Source: Camelus dromedarius | Taxonomy: Eukaryota | Length of the DNA stretch: 64,000 nt | Direction: 5' to 3' | Assembly (NCBI RefSeq): GCF_036321535.1 | Contig: NC_087447.1 | Coordinates: 44,022,001 to 44,086,000, forward strand | Shown here: one piece after another, positions 24,670 to 38,489 of the stretch | Layout of the letters: the number at the start of each line of letters is the position of its first letter | How positions within the stretch are numbered: position 1 is the first letter of the stretch | Position numbers and translations under genes: made by a program | Notes under the pieces: model-generated | What the model saw: the letters and a program-made list of their open reading frames with translations, nothing else | What the model was told of the DNA's origin: nothing | The model's database searches: none

Positions 24670-25230
24670 TTTGTTCGTTCATTCAGCCTGCATGTACTGC
24701 AGACCCACATGGTGCCAAGCACTGAGGTAGACGTGGGCACACAGGGATGCCTGAAACAACATCAGTGCCTCCAGGGTCTTTGGGGACAGATAAACATGTA
24801 AACCAGTAACTGCAGTGTGATACTGTAAGTGCTACAGACGGGATCCAAAGGGAGTACTGCGGATGGTACTCTTAAACCTGGCTAGGAAGGCGAAAGAAAG
24901 TCCTTCAGGACAGGTGACACTGAGATGAGTCTTGAAAGGTAACACAAGAGTTTACCAAGTTGACAAGGCCATGCTAGAAAGAAGGAACATCTTGAGTAAA
25001 GTCTTGGATTTAAGAAAGATCACATCTAGGAAAAAGATCGTGTATAGTCTGGCTTGCCTGCAATTCACAAGCATGTTGAGGAGAGGCAGTAAATGAGAGT
25101 GGAAAGATATTCATGGCAAAGATCTTAATAGATTTTATATGTCAAGACAACAAGTTGGGGATTTTTCCTACAGATCATGAACATGTCAAAAGGATTTTTT
25201 AAAAATAGAAGATGACATCTTTTAATCTGC
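24670..25230 (-). mobile_element. L2 3' fragment
   Basis: ttcgttcattcagc...gtgccaagcactg...ggacaggtgacactgagatgagtcttgaaagg. Confidence 0.6.
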
Positions 25231-25366
25231 TTAAAAACAGCCAAAAACAACTTACCTGAAACAGGCCAAATTCTTGCTCTTCATTCTACTGACGATCAGA
25301 TTTGTTTGATTAATCGATAATTTATCAAATATGGATATAATTCTACATTAGGGACAATCTGTGAGT

Positions 25367-25798
25367 TAGCAAAGACACTCTCTGTGACCAAACTTTGATC
25401 AGGCTCCTCTGAGATTAGACCTTTCAGATTAGACCTTGACCTTGGCCCCCATAGTTGGCAGGGGGGTATGTCTTCAGGGTTCAGTTTTAGCTAGAATCCT
25501 GCTAAGTCAGTTTAGAGAGAACTACCCAACCTTGATGTCTGATCACCCCATCCTGCCTTCAGCAAGAATCCTGTCAAGTAGGTTTAGCAACAATCCCCCT
25601 GCCTTTGATGTCTCTTCTTCCCTATTTTCCATCCACTGACCTCCACGTTTGGTTCTGTGACTATAATCCCCAGTTGTTTTTGTTGTATTCAGAACTGAGA
25701 GTAGTTCCATACTGAGGTAGCTTTTTGTCTGCTGCAATAGTTCCTGAATAAAATCTGTCACTGCTTTAACTACTATCCAGCTCTGTTTCTCTTTGACA
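25367..25798 (+). mobile_element. ERV1 solo LTR (MER31-like)
   Basis: aaagacactctctgtgaccaaactttgatcaggctcctctgag...agaatcctgctaagtcagtttag. AATAAA at 25747; ends ctctttgaca. Confidence 0.75.
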
Positions 25799-25902
25799 GT
25801 TACATATAAGACTTTATTGTCTGCTGTGTATGTATGTCTATACACACACACACACATGAACACACACATATATGTATATATATAAAAATAAATATAAGCA
25901 TA

Positions 25903-25995
25903 GGGGGTGAAGGGTATAGGTCAGTGGTAGAGTGCACGCTTAGCATCCATGAGGTTCTGGGTTCAATCCCCAGTACCTCCATTAAAAAAAAAAAA
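25903..25995 (+). mobile_element. tRNA-Ala-derived camelid SINE
   Basis: tcagtggtagagtgcacgcttagcatccatgaggttctgggttcaatccccagtacctcca plus A tail. Confidence 0.9.
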
Positions 25996-27070
25996 GACTT
26001 AAATATAAGACCCCAAACCATAAAACTCCTAGAAGAAAAAATAGGGAAAATTCCTTGACGTTGGTCTTGGCAAAGACTTTTTGGATATGACATCAAAATC
26101 ATAAGCAAGAAAAGCAAAAATAAACAAAAGGACTATATCAAACTAAGAAGCTTCTACACAGCAAAAGAAACAACAAAATGAGAAGGTAACCTATGGAATG
26201 GGAGAAATTATTTGCAAAATATATATCTGATAAAGGGTTAATATCAAAATATATAGGGAACTCATACACCTCAACATCAAAAAAAAAAAAGAACAAAAAA
26301 ACCCCCAAATAAGCCAACTTAAAAATGAGCAGAGGTTCTGAACAGATATCTTTCCAAATGAGAAAAACAAATAGACAACAGGTATATGAAAAGATGCTCA
26401 ACATCACTAATTATCAGGGAAATGCAAATCAAAACTTCAATGAGATATCACCTCATATCTGTCAGAATGGCTATCATCAAAAAGACAAGAGATAAGCATT
26501 GGTGAGGATATTGAGAAAATGGAACACTTGAGCACTGTGGCTGGGAAGGTAAATTGGTGCAGCCAGTGTGGAAAGAGTATGAAGGTTTCTTAAAATATTA
26601 AAAATAGGGAGAGGGTAATAGCTCAGTGGTAGAGTGCATGCTTAGCATGCATGAGGTCCTGGGTTGAATCTCCAGTACCTCCATTAAAAAAAATAGAACT
26701 ACCAGATGATCCAGCAACCCCACTTCTGGGTATATATATCCAAAGGAAATAAAACCACTTTCTTGGAAAGACAGCTGTACTTCCACGTTCGCTGCAGTAT
26801 TATTCACAGTAGACAAGATATGAAGAGCAACCTAAATGTTCATTAGTGGATGAATAGATAAATAAGATGAGATACACACTCACACACATAAACACACACT
26901 TGACTATTATTCAGCCTTAATAAAGGAAATCCTACTATTTGTGACAAAGTGCAAGAAACTGGAGGACATTATGCTAAGTAAAATAAACCAGATATAGAAA
27001 GACAAATGTTACATGATCTCACTTGTATTTGGAACTAAAAATGCTGAACTTAAAGTAATAAGAGTAGAGT
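25996..27070 (+). mobile_element. L1 (L1MA-like) ORF2 3' part and 3'UTR
   Basis: accataaaactcctagaagaaaaaataggg; gaaaagatgctcaacatcactaattatcagggaaatgcaaatcaaaac. Confidence 0.88.
26607..26693 (+). mobile_element. tRNA-Ala-derived camelid SINE nested in L1
   Basis: atagctcagtggtagagtgcatgcttagcatgcatgaggtcctgggttgaatctccagtacctcca. Flanked by ttaaaaa(aaa)tag on both sides. Confidence 0.9.
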
Positions 27071-27139
27071 CGTAACAAAGTAAGAAGATTAAGGGTGGTT
27101 ACCAGAGCTGGGACACTGAGGAAAGTGAGAAATTAAAAA

Positions 27140-27375
27140 AAAAGAAAGAAAACAGACAGTGATTGTCAAGGTCTAGGGGGAGGGGGGTCAAGGAGCTACT
27201 GTTTAATAGATATAGAGTTTCAGTTCTACAAGATGAACAGTTCTGGTGATGGTGGTGATGGTCACACAACAACATGAATGCACTTAATGCCACTGAACTT
27301 CACACTTAAAAATGGTTAAGATAGTAAGTTTTATGTTATACGTATTTTACAACAATTTTAAAAACTGGAAAAACT
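27140..27375 (+). mobile_element. L1MB-like 3' end
   Basis: agagtttcagttctacaagatgaacagttctgg...cttaatgccactgaacttcacacttaaaaatggttaagat. Confidence 0.75.
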
Positions 27376-27825
27376 AAAAAAATGTTTCTGGAAAAAAAGA
27401 AGAAGAAAAGATGAGGGAGAACAGATAATTTCCCACATTCCTTAGAAAAAATCCAGTGCTTACCATGGTCTCCAAGGTTCCAAAGGTCCTGCACTTCCTG
27501 CCCCCCACCCCACCCAGCACTACACCCTCAGTTCCTAACAATCTTCTTCTCACTCACTGTGTTCCAGCCATCCCAGCCTCCTAGCTATCCCTAGTCCCTG
27601 CTGCCTCAAAGACTTGGATCTCAATGTTCTGCTGCCTGGAACGCACACTCATTGTTCTCCAAGTTTCCACCTCTGCCCCATCCCAACTTATCACATAGCT
27701 TAGAAAACAGACAGCAATTACATGGGGAAAGACTGCCTTTAAATTTGGAAGAAATATGACAAAACAACCAGTCTATAGTAAGGGAGACTCCATTCTTATA
27801 AATGATTGTGAATTTGAATAAGCCA

Positions 27826-27847
27826 GTCTGTCTGTCTGTCTGCCTGC

Positions 27848-27879
<32 letters not shown>
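27826..27879. repeat. (TCTG)n/(TCTA)n tetranucleotide microsatellite
   Basis: Directly visible. Confidence 0.95.
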
Positions 27880-27949
27880 GCAAATTATATGTTAAGTTAT
27901 GGAAATGTGAAGTAGAAAGACTTCTCAGTCAGAGGTAGACTCCTGTGGA

Positions 27950-28570
27950 GAAGCATTCTGTGGAGTGTATCTACAAATCTCTACTAAATGAACTGAAAAA
28001 TTAAGTAAGTCAGCGGGCATTTCTTTGGAATATTTCTTTTAAAATATGTTTCTTTGGTAAGAAATAACAAGGTATAGGAGAGAAAATTCAGATAAGAATC
28101 CAAAGAAAGAGAAGGGGTGGTTGGCAACTGAGAAAAGTCACTGCTGAGCCACAAACTTAGGAGCCAGAACAGGACATTTCAGGCAAAGCAGTCTGAAAGA
28201 CCAAGTGCAGATGACTGGAAGAAGAACTGGCCCAGGTAGTTTCCCAGCTGATAACCAAGGAAGAGAAAGAGAGTTGGCATCTACGTCTCATCAGCAGATA
28301 AGATAATATTTAAAAGAAATACTGCAAAGAAATGCCTGATGACTTCCTTAATTTCATGATCCTAGAAAAGGTATGAAGCCCCTACAGCTATAAGTAAACT
28401 TTTCTTCTGTGATCTTGTGCAAGATCCTATTCAGCTAGACACATTGTCCTGACATTAAGAAATGCTACCCAAGGTCAGTAGGCCAGACAATCCAAATGGG
28501 TAATTTGGCACCAAGGACTTGAAGACCCAGATCTTACAAGCTTGATCATTGGGATTATCTGAGACATCAT
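27950..28570 (+). mobile_element. Probable very old L1 ORF1 / HAL1-like relic
   Basis: Broken-frame KEILQ (~28313), ARHIVLTLRN (~28434) and KDLKTQIL (~28513) follow ORF1p RRM motif order. Confidence 0.4.
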
Positions 28571-30730
28571 ATAGCTGAAACAGTTTTGGAAATGATGAAC
28601 AAAGTAAGCAGTGTCATACTTCCAGATCTCGAAACTTACACAAAGCAACAGCAATCAAGACAGTGTGATATTGGCATAAGGACAGACATAGAGACCAATG
28701 GACTGGAACTGAGAGTCTAGAAATAAGCTTATGTATCTAAGGTTAACTAATTTTTGACAATAGTGCCAACACAGTCCAGTGGAGGAAGAACAGTCTTTTC
28801 AACAAAGAATGCTGGTACAACTGGATTACCATATGCAAAAGAATGGTATCGGCTCATATCTTACATCATTTACAAAAATAAACTCAAAATGGATTAAAGA
28901 CCTAAATGTAAGAGCTAAAATAATAAAATTCTTAGAAAAAAACACAGGGTAAATCTTCATGACCTCAGATTTGGCAATGTTTCTTAGATATGACCAAAAG
29001 TACATATAAAAAAAGAAAAAATAAACTAGTTCATCAAAACTAAAAATTTTTATATGACCCAGGAATCCCACTCCTGGGCTTGTATCCAGAAGGAAATCTA
29101 CTTCAGGATGACACCTGCACCCCAATGTTCATAGCAGCACTATTTACAATAGCCAAAACATGGAAACAGCCTAAATGTCCATCAACAGGTGACTGGATAA
29201 AGAAGATGTGGTATATTTATACAATGGAATACTACTCAGCCATAAAAACCGACAACATAATGCCATTTGCAGCAACATGGATGCTCCTGGAGAATGTCAT
29301 TCTAAGTGAAGTAAGCCAGAAAGAGAAAGAAAAATACCATATGAGATCGCTCATATGTGGAATCTAAAAAACAAAAACAAACAAACAAACAAAAACAAAG
29401 CGTAAATACAGGACAGAAATAGACTCACAGACAGAGAATACAGACTTGTGGTTACCAGTGGGGTGGAGGGTGGGAAGGGATAGACTGGGATTTCAAAATT
29501 GTAGAATAGATAAACAAGATTACACTGTATAGCACAGGGAAATATACACAAAATGTTATGATAACTCACAGAGAAAAAAATGTGACAATGAGTGTGTATA
29601 TGTCCATGAATGACTGAAAAATTGTGCTGAACACTGGAATTTGACACAACATTGTAAAATGATTATAAGTCAATAAAAAATGTTAAAAAAAAAAACTAAA
29701 AATTTTTGTGCATCAAAGGATATGATAAAAAAAAAAAAGTGAAAAGACAACCCCAGAATGGGAGAAAGTATTTCTGAATCATTTATCTGATAAGGTTCTA
29801 GTACCTAGAATATATAAAAAACTCTTATAATTCAATGACAAAAAGACAAACAGCCCAAATTAAAAATGAGCAAAGTACATAATTTGTCCTTTCACAGGAA
29901 GATTTACAAACAACCAACAAGCACATGATTAGATATTCAACATCATTAGTCATTAGGGAAATGTAAATCAAAACCACAATGAAATACCACACTTCATACC
30001 CACTAGGATAATGATAATTTAGGGGGAAAAAAACAGAATATAAGAAGTATTGGCAAGGATGCAGATTAACTGAAGCCCTCATTCACTGATGGTAGGAATT
30101 CGAAATGCTGAATCCACAATGGAAAGCAGTTTGGCAGTTCCTCAAAAAGCTAAACATAAAACTACCATAAGATCCAGCAACTGTACTCCTAGGTACATAA
30201 CCAAAAGAATTGAAAACAGGAGTTCAAATAAATATCCATATATGAATGTTCATAGCAGCACTACTGACAACTGCCAAAAGTAGATACAATCCAAATAACC
30301 ACCAACGGAAGAATGGATAAACAAAAGGTAGTATAGCTATCACAATGGAATATTATTTGGTCATTAAAAGTAATGAAATACTGATACATGTTGTAATATG
30401 GACAAACCTTGAAAACATTATGCTATGTGAAAAAAAGCCAGTCACAAAAGACCACATATTACATGATTCCATTTATATGAAATGTCCAAAATAGGCAAAT
30501 CAGGAGACATAGAAAGTAGTGGTTGCTTAGAAGTGAGGGTTTTGATAGGAAATGGGGAATGGCTGCTAATGGGTATAGTATTTCTTTTGGAGATAATGAA
30601 AATGTCCTAAAACTGAATGTGGTGATGGTTGCACATTTCTAGGTCTATATTAAGAAATATTGAATTGCACTCTTTAAATGAACGAATTGTATGGTATGTG
30701 AATTACATCTCAATAAAGCTATTTAAACAA
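28570..30730 (+). mobile_element. L1MB-like ORF2 3' half and 3'UTR (host of a young L1)
   Basis: aatcaagacagtgtgatattggcataaggacagacatagagaccaatgg ... gtatgtgaattacatctcaataaagct. Confidence 0.88.
29052..29691 (+). mobile_element. Young lineage-specific L1, 5'-truncated
   Basis: Open ORF2 C-terminus (CTPMFIAALFTIAKTWKQPKCPSTGDWIKKMWYIYTMEYYSAIK), 3'UTR, AATAAA and A tail. Perfect 16-bp TSD aaaactaaaaattttt at 29036-29051 and 29692-29707. Confidence 0.93.
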
Positions 30731-31779
30731 TATGCAGTAAAGATGAAATAAAGAGTAATTTCCAACTATTTTATTTTGCTCCTTAAAGATACAAGGCATT
30801 TTTCCTCTTATAAAATTAATAATATTTTAATATAATGTTATATTAATAATATTATAATAATATTATTTTTAAATTGTAGTGAGAGTAATAGCTTTTTGAA
30901 AACCTTCATTTAACACTTTGTAATACACTGAGTCAACAATTTGGTTTCAAGTTCCAAGTATTTTGATCTTTAGTTTTTAACGGCATTCATAAATGAAAAT
31001 TATACCTCACAATAATGCAGAGATCTAAATGGCATAACTGTTTCAAAGGGAACAAGTTTCTCTGGCGATACTTACTAAAAATAAAACTAATTTTTCAATC
31101 CTTTCCACCATCCAATAGAAATTTTCATATAAATTTGAGAGGAAATATCCTTAGTTGGTCTTGGAAATAAGTAAGAAAGTGCTACATTTACATATTTTAA
31201 ACAGCTGAGTTTAAAATCTATGGAAACCCTTTAGAATATTTTTTGAATGTTAGAAAATTGTTTCTACATTTTTAAGGTATGTATATAGGAGATTTTTACT
31301 GGTGACGTAACATTTTCAGCAACAGAAATCACAACGGAAATGTTTCCAAAAAATCGTTTTCAAAATGTTCACTCCATGCCTTGATTTTACTTCATTAATA
31401 AAATATCACATTTTCTTTAAAGAAGAAATTAAATGAGTTTATTTCTTCAAAACTGTCGGCTAGTTAGTATACTAATGACATGGTTACTGCTGAAAAGGTC
31501 AGCAAATGCAGAATGTTTACTTTTCTTTAAAGAGAAGTCTGTGTAGTTCAGATTGAGCTTGACAATTATTTTAATATTCCGTACATAAAATAATATGTGG
31601 AGCTTAAAAGATTTTTATAATCATATCTCATTCCATAAATAAGCATTGTGAAGAGTCCTCTATATAAGAAAAATCAATCCACTTAGCTAGACTTGTAAAC
31701 TACAAAGCATTAACAAAATCTGAAAGCAAAAAAGATGTGAGAATACTTCATGAACCCCATGTCTTTATTGGATAAAACC

Positions 31780-32030
31780 TATGCCACATTTGATTGTCTG
31801 GCAGACTAAATGGAAGCTCACTGTCATTCACATATCACACAGGAATAAGGGAAACATTCTAAAGATGACAGAGTAGAAAAATGGAAAGTACTTGGGTCCT
31901 TGATGTCATTGTTCTGCTGCTGAACTAACCAAACCTGGGATCATCTATCACCAGATTCTTATTGTGTGAAATAGTAAATCCTCATTTTTAAGCCACTCTT
32001 AAGCTTTCTTTTTACTTGCTGCCCAGTGCA
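31780..32030 (+). mobile_element. MaLR LTR fragment (old MLT1)
   Basis: cttgggtccttgatgtcattgttctgctgctgaactaacc...ttttaagccact...ttacttgctgcc. Confidence 0.5.
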
Positions 32031-32129
32031 ATCTAACGTGTGCACTGGCTCAGGGTCTTCATGCCTGCTATTCATCCTGGTGTAAGAGCACTCTTACACC
32101 AGGGCTTCGTGCAACTGATCAGTTTTGCT

Positions 32130-32430
32130 GTTGTTGTTTATACTGAAATATAGTTGACCTGTAATATTATATTAGTTTCAGCTGTACAACACAGTAGTTT
32201 GATATTTTATAGATACACTCCATATAATATTATAAAACATTGACAATATTCCTTGTGCTGCACACTCCTTCCTTGCAACTTATGTTTATCTAGTAGTCTG
32301 TACCTCTTAATCCCCTTCACTACTTTGCTCCTCCTCTCACCCTTCTCTCCGTCTGGTAACCACTAGCTTGTTCTCTGTATTTGAGTCTGCTTCTGTTTTG
32401 TTGTTTAGTCCCTTTGTTTTATTTTTCGTT
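32130..32430 (-). mobile_element. Artiodactyl-type L1 3'UTR fragment
   Basis: tgaaatatagttgacctgtaatattatattagtttcagctgtacaacacagt...ctggtaaccactagcttgttctctgtat. Confidence 0.75.
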
Positions 32431-32899
32431 TCTGTACTTTAATGTTAATTCTTTTTTACTCAAGTTACTGTAGCCTTACTCATTCCTAGGTTACTCTCCA
32501 TCATGTTAGGCTATGTAGTTTTCTTTGAAGAATTTAATTTCTGAAAGGTTCTGATCTGCTTATTTTCTAATATTTTTATTTTCAATCTTCCTCATGGGCA
32601 GAGTCTTCACCTATTTGTTCACTGCTGTGTCCCAGGACAAAAAAAAACTGCCTGGTACATGATGGAATTCCTTCATTTTATTTCCTAAAACTTCTCCAAA
32701 TAAAGCCTATGCTCCAACATACTGAGCTTCTAACAATTCACAGAATACAATCTATTCCCTCTTGATCCTGTATCTTTGAATTTTCTGTTCCTTCTGCCAA
32801 CAGATCTCTTTTCCCTCTTCCTCAAGTTCTAAAATTTAAAGTACACACTACGTGTCAGGCACTGTATTAATATGAATATGAAGTTAAGTAAAACAAAGT

Positions 32900-33665
32900 T
32901 TCTACCACAATGAGTTACTACTTCACACCCACTAGGTCACTGGGATGGTTATAACAGACAATAACAATATAAGACAGACAGTAACAAATGTGGCAAGTAT
33001 GTGAATCTGGAACCTCATGTGCTGCTGGTCAAAATATAAAATGATGCAGCCATTTTCAAAAATAGTTTGGCAGTTCCACAAACAATTAAGCACAGAGTTT
33101 TTCATACAATTTAGCAATTCTACTCCTAGATACATACTCCAAAAAACAAAAAACATATGTCTACACAAAAACATATATGAACATTCACAGGAGCATTATT
33201 TATAGTGGCGACGAAGTGGAAAGAACTCAAGCGTCCATAGAATTGTCAATAAATAAATAAAATGTAGTATATCCATCTAATAATTATTTAGCAATAATGA
33301 GTGAAATACTGCTATATGCTACAGCATGGATAAACTTTAAAACATTATGCTAAGTGAAAGAAGGAAGTCACGAAGTACCATATATTGTATGATTTAATAT
33401 TTACATGAAATGTTTAGAACACGCAACTATAGAGAGAGACAGAAAGTAGGTTAGTGGTTGCCTGTAACTAGGGAAGAGATGGGAAGGGCTGACTGGGGTG
33501 ATGGCTAATGGGTATGGGGTTTCTTTTGGCGGTAATAAAATATTCTAAAATTGAATGTGGTAATAGATCCACATATCTTAATATTATAAAAGCCACTGAA
33601 TTGTATACTTTAAATGGGTGAATTGTATGGTATGTGAATTATATTTCAAGAAAGCTGTTAGAAAT
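32900..33665 (+). mobile_element. L1MB-like 3' end
   Basis: aaacattatgctaagtgaaagaagg...ttaaatgggtgaattgtatggtatgtgaattatatttcaagaaagctgtt. Confidence 0.85.
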
Positions 33666-35524
33666 ATGTAAATCATCAAAACCGATAAAACCCAAATCTC
33701 TGCCATCCCTAGATGTCTTCCAAGACTAAACTCTAGTTTTCCTCCTCAAGAAAGTCTTGGTTCTGTGTCCCAGAATTCTATAGCTACTTATTTCATAGCC
33801 TGCATCACTACTGTTGTAAGTCTTACTGCTTTGTCCCTTCCATCTCAGTGAATGTTCCTTCTGTTCTGAATCCCAAGAGCCTAGAACACACAGAGTACAT
33901 GCTTTAGTGAATGTTGGTTGAGAAAGAATATGAGGAAGTAATTAGATTAATAATAAAGAGAAAAGGAAGAGTTCTGTTTTATTTTAGATTAGGAAAAGAT
34001 TGCAAAACTTTAAAAAAGCATAGTGTGATGGAGCAAATCCAAGGATGGGGTATGAAAACAAGAGATTGAGTTCTCTAGAGCAGAGCAGTATCAAGTGGGG
34101 GGGTCGGGGGGAACTTAAGGGTTTTCACAACGTAGACGCTCCTCGTGTAAGGAGATCAAAGTTGCTGGACAACAGGGGCCTAGCTGTAGCTCTATCAAAT
34201 GACCACTTGTCACTTGAAGTTGTTCTGAGTGTTGGCAGGAAAGTCTGAAATAGACAAGAAAAAGTCAAGTCCCAAAGATCTCAAGAAATGTGGAACAGTG
34301 ACAAGGATGGAAGAGGACAATACAAATCAATAATATCCATTTAGAAAGAAGATACAGGCATCACCTTTTTAGCGTAGGGAAGAGTTTTTTAGAAGTGAGA
34401 GTATTAACTAAGTAAGTTTTAGAGCTGTATTAGCAGAATCTCTCTGTCACTTCCATAGTTCCTTCCAGGTTCTGTCAAACAACTGTTGGTCTGTTGTAAT
34501 CTTTACAACACCCTTTAAAATGTCAAAGGATTTCCACCAATTTCTACTGATATTTATCTTCTGTTGCCTTGCCCATTACATCAAATGCCCTGAACCGTCA
34601 TAAACTTTGCATTTTAACATCCAGCATGAAAGTCTTTCCCGGCAAGTTTGTGGCACTACAAGCACTCTCTTGGCATATCTTTTAATAGAAAAGGTCAAAA
34701 GAGTTCTCAAAAACAAGTTAATAAAAGTATGAAGAAATACCACAGGGCCACCAACAGATTTGTGAAGGTCATTTCAACTGCAAAGAGCGCAGGCTTGCAC
34801 ACTAGCACTCACTGGCCGAGACGGTACAACCGTGAGAACAATGAGGTACCACACTAACCTGGACTGAGGGCTTTCTGCATGTCTACTATGTTCTTAGCAC
34901 TTTACATGCACTAATTCTAATCCTTAAAGCAGTTCTACAACAGGAGCCTGTGGGAGGGTACTATTATTATCTCTGTTTTTACAGAGCAGGAAATGGAGAG
35001 AGTGGTCAACATCAGGCCAGTCTGACTCCCAAGCCCGCATCCTAATCCCTTGACTGTACTTCTCGCTGAGCCTCTCTACATACTAGTTGCCTGGACCTGA
35101 GAAAGATGTATAATACTATTATATTACCATATGTAAACATACATATATGTTACTTGTGACGTGAAAAGCACTATAAAGAATGTGCACTCTATGCAGAAAC
35201 ACTAACTAAGGTATAATTATACCTGCATTATTAAAAGAATGTACTAAAAATGGGCTGGAAAAGGCAGTAGGAATTCAGTAGACTACTTATCATTCCCTGA
35301 ACACTATTATCTTTGACACCTTTGTGCTTCTACACAAGTTCTTTCAATGCCTAGACTGCCCTTTTCACCCTTAGCTGCCTACTGAATAATAATTACTATT
35401 CATACTTCAAGATACCTAATATTATCACTTCCTCCATGGAAACTTCTCCAAATCTCCCGAGCAGAATTAGTCATGCACTTGGCTGGATTCTCAATTGCTT
35501 TGTTTATACACCTTTTATACCATC

Positions 35525-36000
35525 TGTAAACGTTGTGCATGAGACAGAAACCACACTAAGTACTTTAAGCAGATTTAATACAGGAAATTTGATGCTTATA
35601 TAGTGTTGCAAGGGTTCCAGGCTAGGTCTTCTGAAATGGACTCTAAGAGCACCACCACCAAACCACACCATACCTAGGATTCAGGGGATGGAAAATCAGA
35701 GTTGGAAAGTTGCCAACACTGCAACCGAAATTGCCTCTTGCCAGCCACAGAGTTGGCAAGAGAGCCTATACATGCTGCAGCAGAATAACCACAGTCCCCA
35801 GGACCTTGACTGGCAGCAGAAAATAACCAAAGGGGCAGGGGTTTGCCCTTCCAATGCATCAAACTGGTGAACCTAATTTATCCAGAACCTAGCTGAAAGG
35901 GAGTCTAGGAAATGAAAGTTTTAGCTTTCCAGCCTTTGCAAACAGCAAGGCTCACCAGAAGGAAGAAAACTGAAGCTGAGTGAGTCAGTTCGTATCACCT
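35525..36000 (-). mobile_element. Old ERVL-class LTR (LTR33-like)
   Basis: gagacagaaaccacactaagtactttaagcagatttaatacagg...gaacctagctgaaagggagtctaggaaatg. Confidence 0.5.
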
Positions 36001-37281
36001 ACCAAGCACAGTGAGGGCTGAATTTGGGTGTATCTGCTTTCACTAGTGGCTCATAAGGGGGAGCAAAAACATCTTATTTGACTTTTCTAATCCCCTCCTT
36101 CAAAAGTATCAATAGATATTTGTGGAGTAAAGACTAATTCTTTACTATCTCCTATTTGTTTTGCTACTAAGGTCAACATAGACTATGGGGCATTATTCGG
36201 TCTCTTACTGAATGGACACACTCCACATGTACTGAGAAGCAAGCAAGTGAGCCTGAAAAGCTGGAATATGGACCAGGTGAGCAGTGGGAACTTAGATCTA
36301 TCATACCTAAGTCAGCTGCTTCTCAAATAAGAAGTGTGCTGAATAACCACTTTCTATATTGGAATATACCCAAACCCCATAGGTGTTTGGAGATTTTCCT
36401 AAACTCAATTTGATCACAAAAGTTTGGGGGGGGGGGGGAGAAAGAAAACTGTATATTAGGAGAATAGCCTCTGGGCTTCAGGAGAAAAATCTCAGCGTTG
36501 TCAATAAATAGATCACTTTCACATAGGTTGGTTTTTCACAGAACCCTGCTGTAGTCTTATTAAAAGTGTTCAATAGCTCCCATTTCCACAAAATAAAATA
36601 AAACATCCTTATCTGGCATTCAAGACCCACTGGCTGATAAATCTTTCCAAAACCAACCCCACCCATTATACTTAATACTTCCAAGGGTCCACTCATTCCC
36701 CAGATGGGCCATATGCTTCCTTCCATGTTTCGCTCTCACCATTTTTCTTTCTGGAACACCCTCTCCTCTTAGTTCTGTTTTAAATGGAACCTGAATTTCT
36801 CTGAGTTTCAGCATTCCCTATCCTTTACAACTTAGTCTCCACCCTGTTTCTTCCATGAAGCTCTCCCGAGACCCAGTTCTTTAATATTCTTCCCTTTTGC
36901 CACCTGCTAATGCCACTGCCTGTTCCATTTATTACATATGCTTTGAATCTTGTCTCTTGTTTTTGTCTTAAGTACACTATATTTCAGTTAGAGTGTTAGG
37001 TGCTTAATAGCAGTACATGGTCTTAAATATTTTTTCCCCTACATATTGGTCTGATAACTTACCTCTTTGTTAAATGTGAGATAATAACAATTATACTTTT
37101 TCTTAGGTTTTATTTAATGTATATTTGATCATTAAAGCAATATAATTTTGTTTAATACCTACAATATGTTCTCCCTACAACCATTCATTATGGAAACTTC
37201 TGGACATGAAATATTAAGGTTAAATATCACATCTAGAAGATTTTCCCTATCTGGCCTCTGCCTCCAGTAGGCTGGGTTTTA

Positions 37282-37715
37282 TTATATTGATCTATCACAG
37301 CTGTAATAGCTAGTTTCTGGTGCATAGTTAGTTTCTGGTTCATCCAAAAAAAATCTCGGTTGCTTAAAGTAACAGTCATTTATTTCGCATGATTCAATGG
37401 GTCAGCAATCTGGGCTGAGTTCAGCTGGGACAGCTCATCTCTGCTCTATGTGACTGGTTGGATTCACTCACAGAGAGATGCTGGGAAGGCCAGGCCTCCC
37501 TCTCTCTACATGGTCCCAATGAGTTTGGCCTTGACCTGGTCTCATGGTTGCAATCTCTTAAAAGAATGAGAGCACAACTCACATGATGTCACTTCTGCTG
37601 CATTCTTCTGCAAAAGCACATCATAAGACCAGCCAAATTCAAGGGACAGGGTAATAGACTTACCCTAGTGATAAAAGGAGTTACAAAGCCTCCATGGACG
37701 TTTTTATCTACTAAA
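37282..37715 (-). mobile_element. MaLR LTR (MLT1)
   Basis: ggttgcttaaagtaacagtcatttattt...gggtcagcaatctgggctgagttcagctggg...ccagccaaattcaaggg. Confidence 0.7.
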
Positions 37716-38489
37716 TCCACTGTACTCCATCTGTTTATTGTCTGTTTCCATAATTAGGTTGAGAAATCCTTGTATGCCTTGTCTTGATATGTATTTTCAT
37801 GTCCTGGGTACTTGGCACAGAGTAAACTGCTCCATGTGAAATTAGATAAACATCAGGCTGCATGTCAGGCAGTGGTTGGAATACAAAGATATAAGGAATA
37901 GAAGACATGGTCCCTGCTCGCAAGGATTTTACCATCTGGTAAAAGAGGGAAAATGGTGAGGCAAGACTAAAGGGCCTTTTCAAACACTAGAAAAAGTACT
38001 ATTCCAACAAGAAAATGGAAAACGAATTACCTTAATGGGATACACATGTCAGAAGAGCAAGCACACATTACATCTGGTAACTGGGAAATAGAGACCAGCA
38101 CCGTGTTCTGAGGATAAGATTTGGATTCTTAAGTAATAATTAGTAGATGGAACCAGATGATAAATGGCCCAGGATAAGAGAGTAAAACTGTATGTTCAAA
38201 GAAGTAGTGGCTGCCTACTTTTCCTGGAATAGGAGCTGGTGCCAGGGCACAGTGGGAGGCTGAAGGGGCATCTTGGAATAAGGCTGCTTGAATTTTAACT
38301 TGGTGATTGAATATTAGACCAGAAGAGCAACAGGATAAATACTGTGTTTAGGGAGAGAGCCACGGCACTGTATGTAAAATGGACAAAAGAGGGAGAGACA
38401 GGAAGCAGAAAGAAACAAGTATGCTGAGGGCCTAAACCTCACGTTGGCAGCGAGAATGGACTAGAGGAAGCCTGGAGATGGACAGTTAA

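Noticed and set aside
25903..26693. tRNA-Ala(AGC) genes (also at 3766, 9129, 13385, 48434)
   Set aside because: All copies have extra 5' bases, CpG decay in the T loop (TTCAA/TTGAA), stem mismatches, A-rich tails and often TSDs. They are SINEs, not tRNA genes.
28500..28565. Tc1/mariner-like 'PDLT..D.W.YL' transposase motif
   Set aside because: It needs a frameshift, has no TIRs or other DDE motifs, and neighbouring motifs fit L1 ORF1 better.
34460..34660. Possible ABCA-like extracellular-domain exon (VLSNNCWSVVIFTTPF...)
   Set aside because: Similarity is too weak to support by eye, the frame stops early and no nucleotide-binding-domain exons are present.
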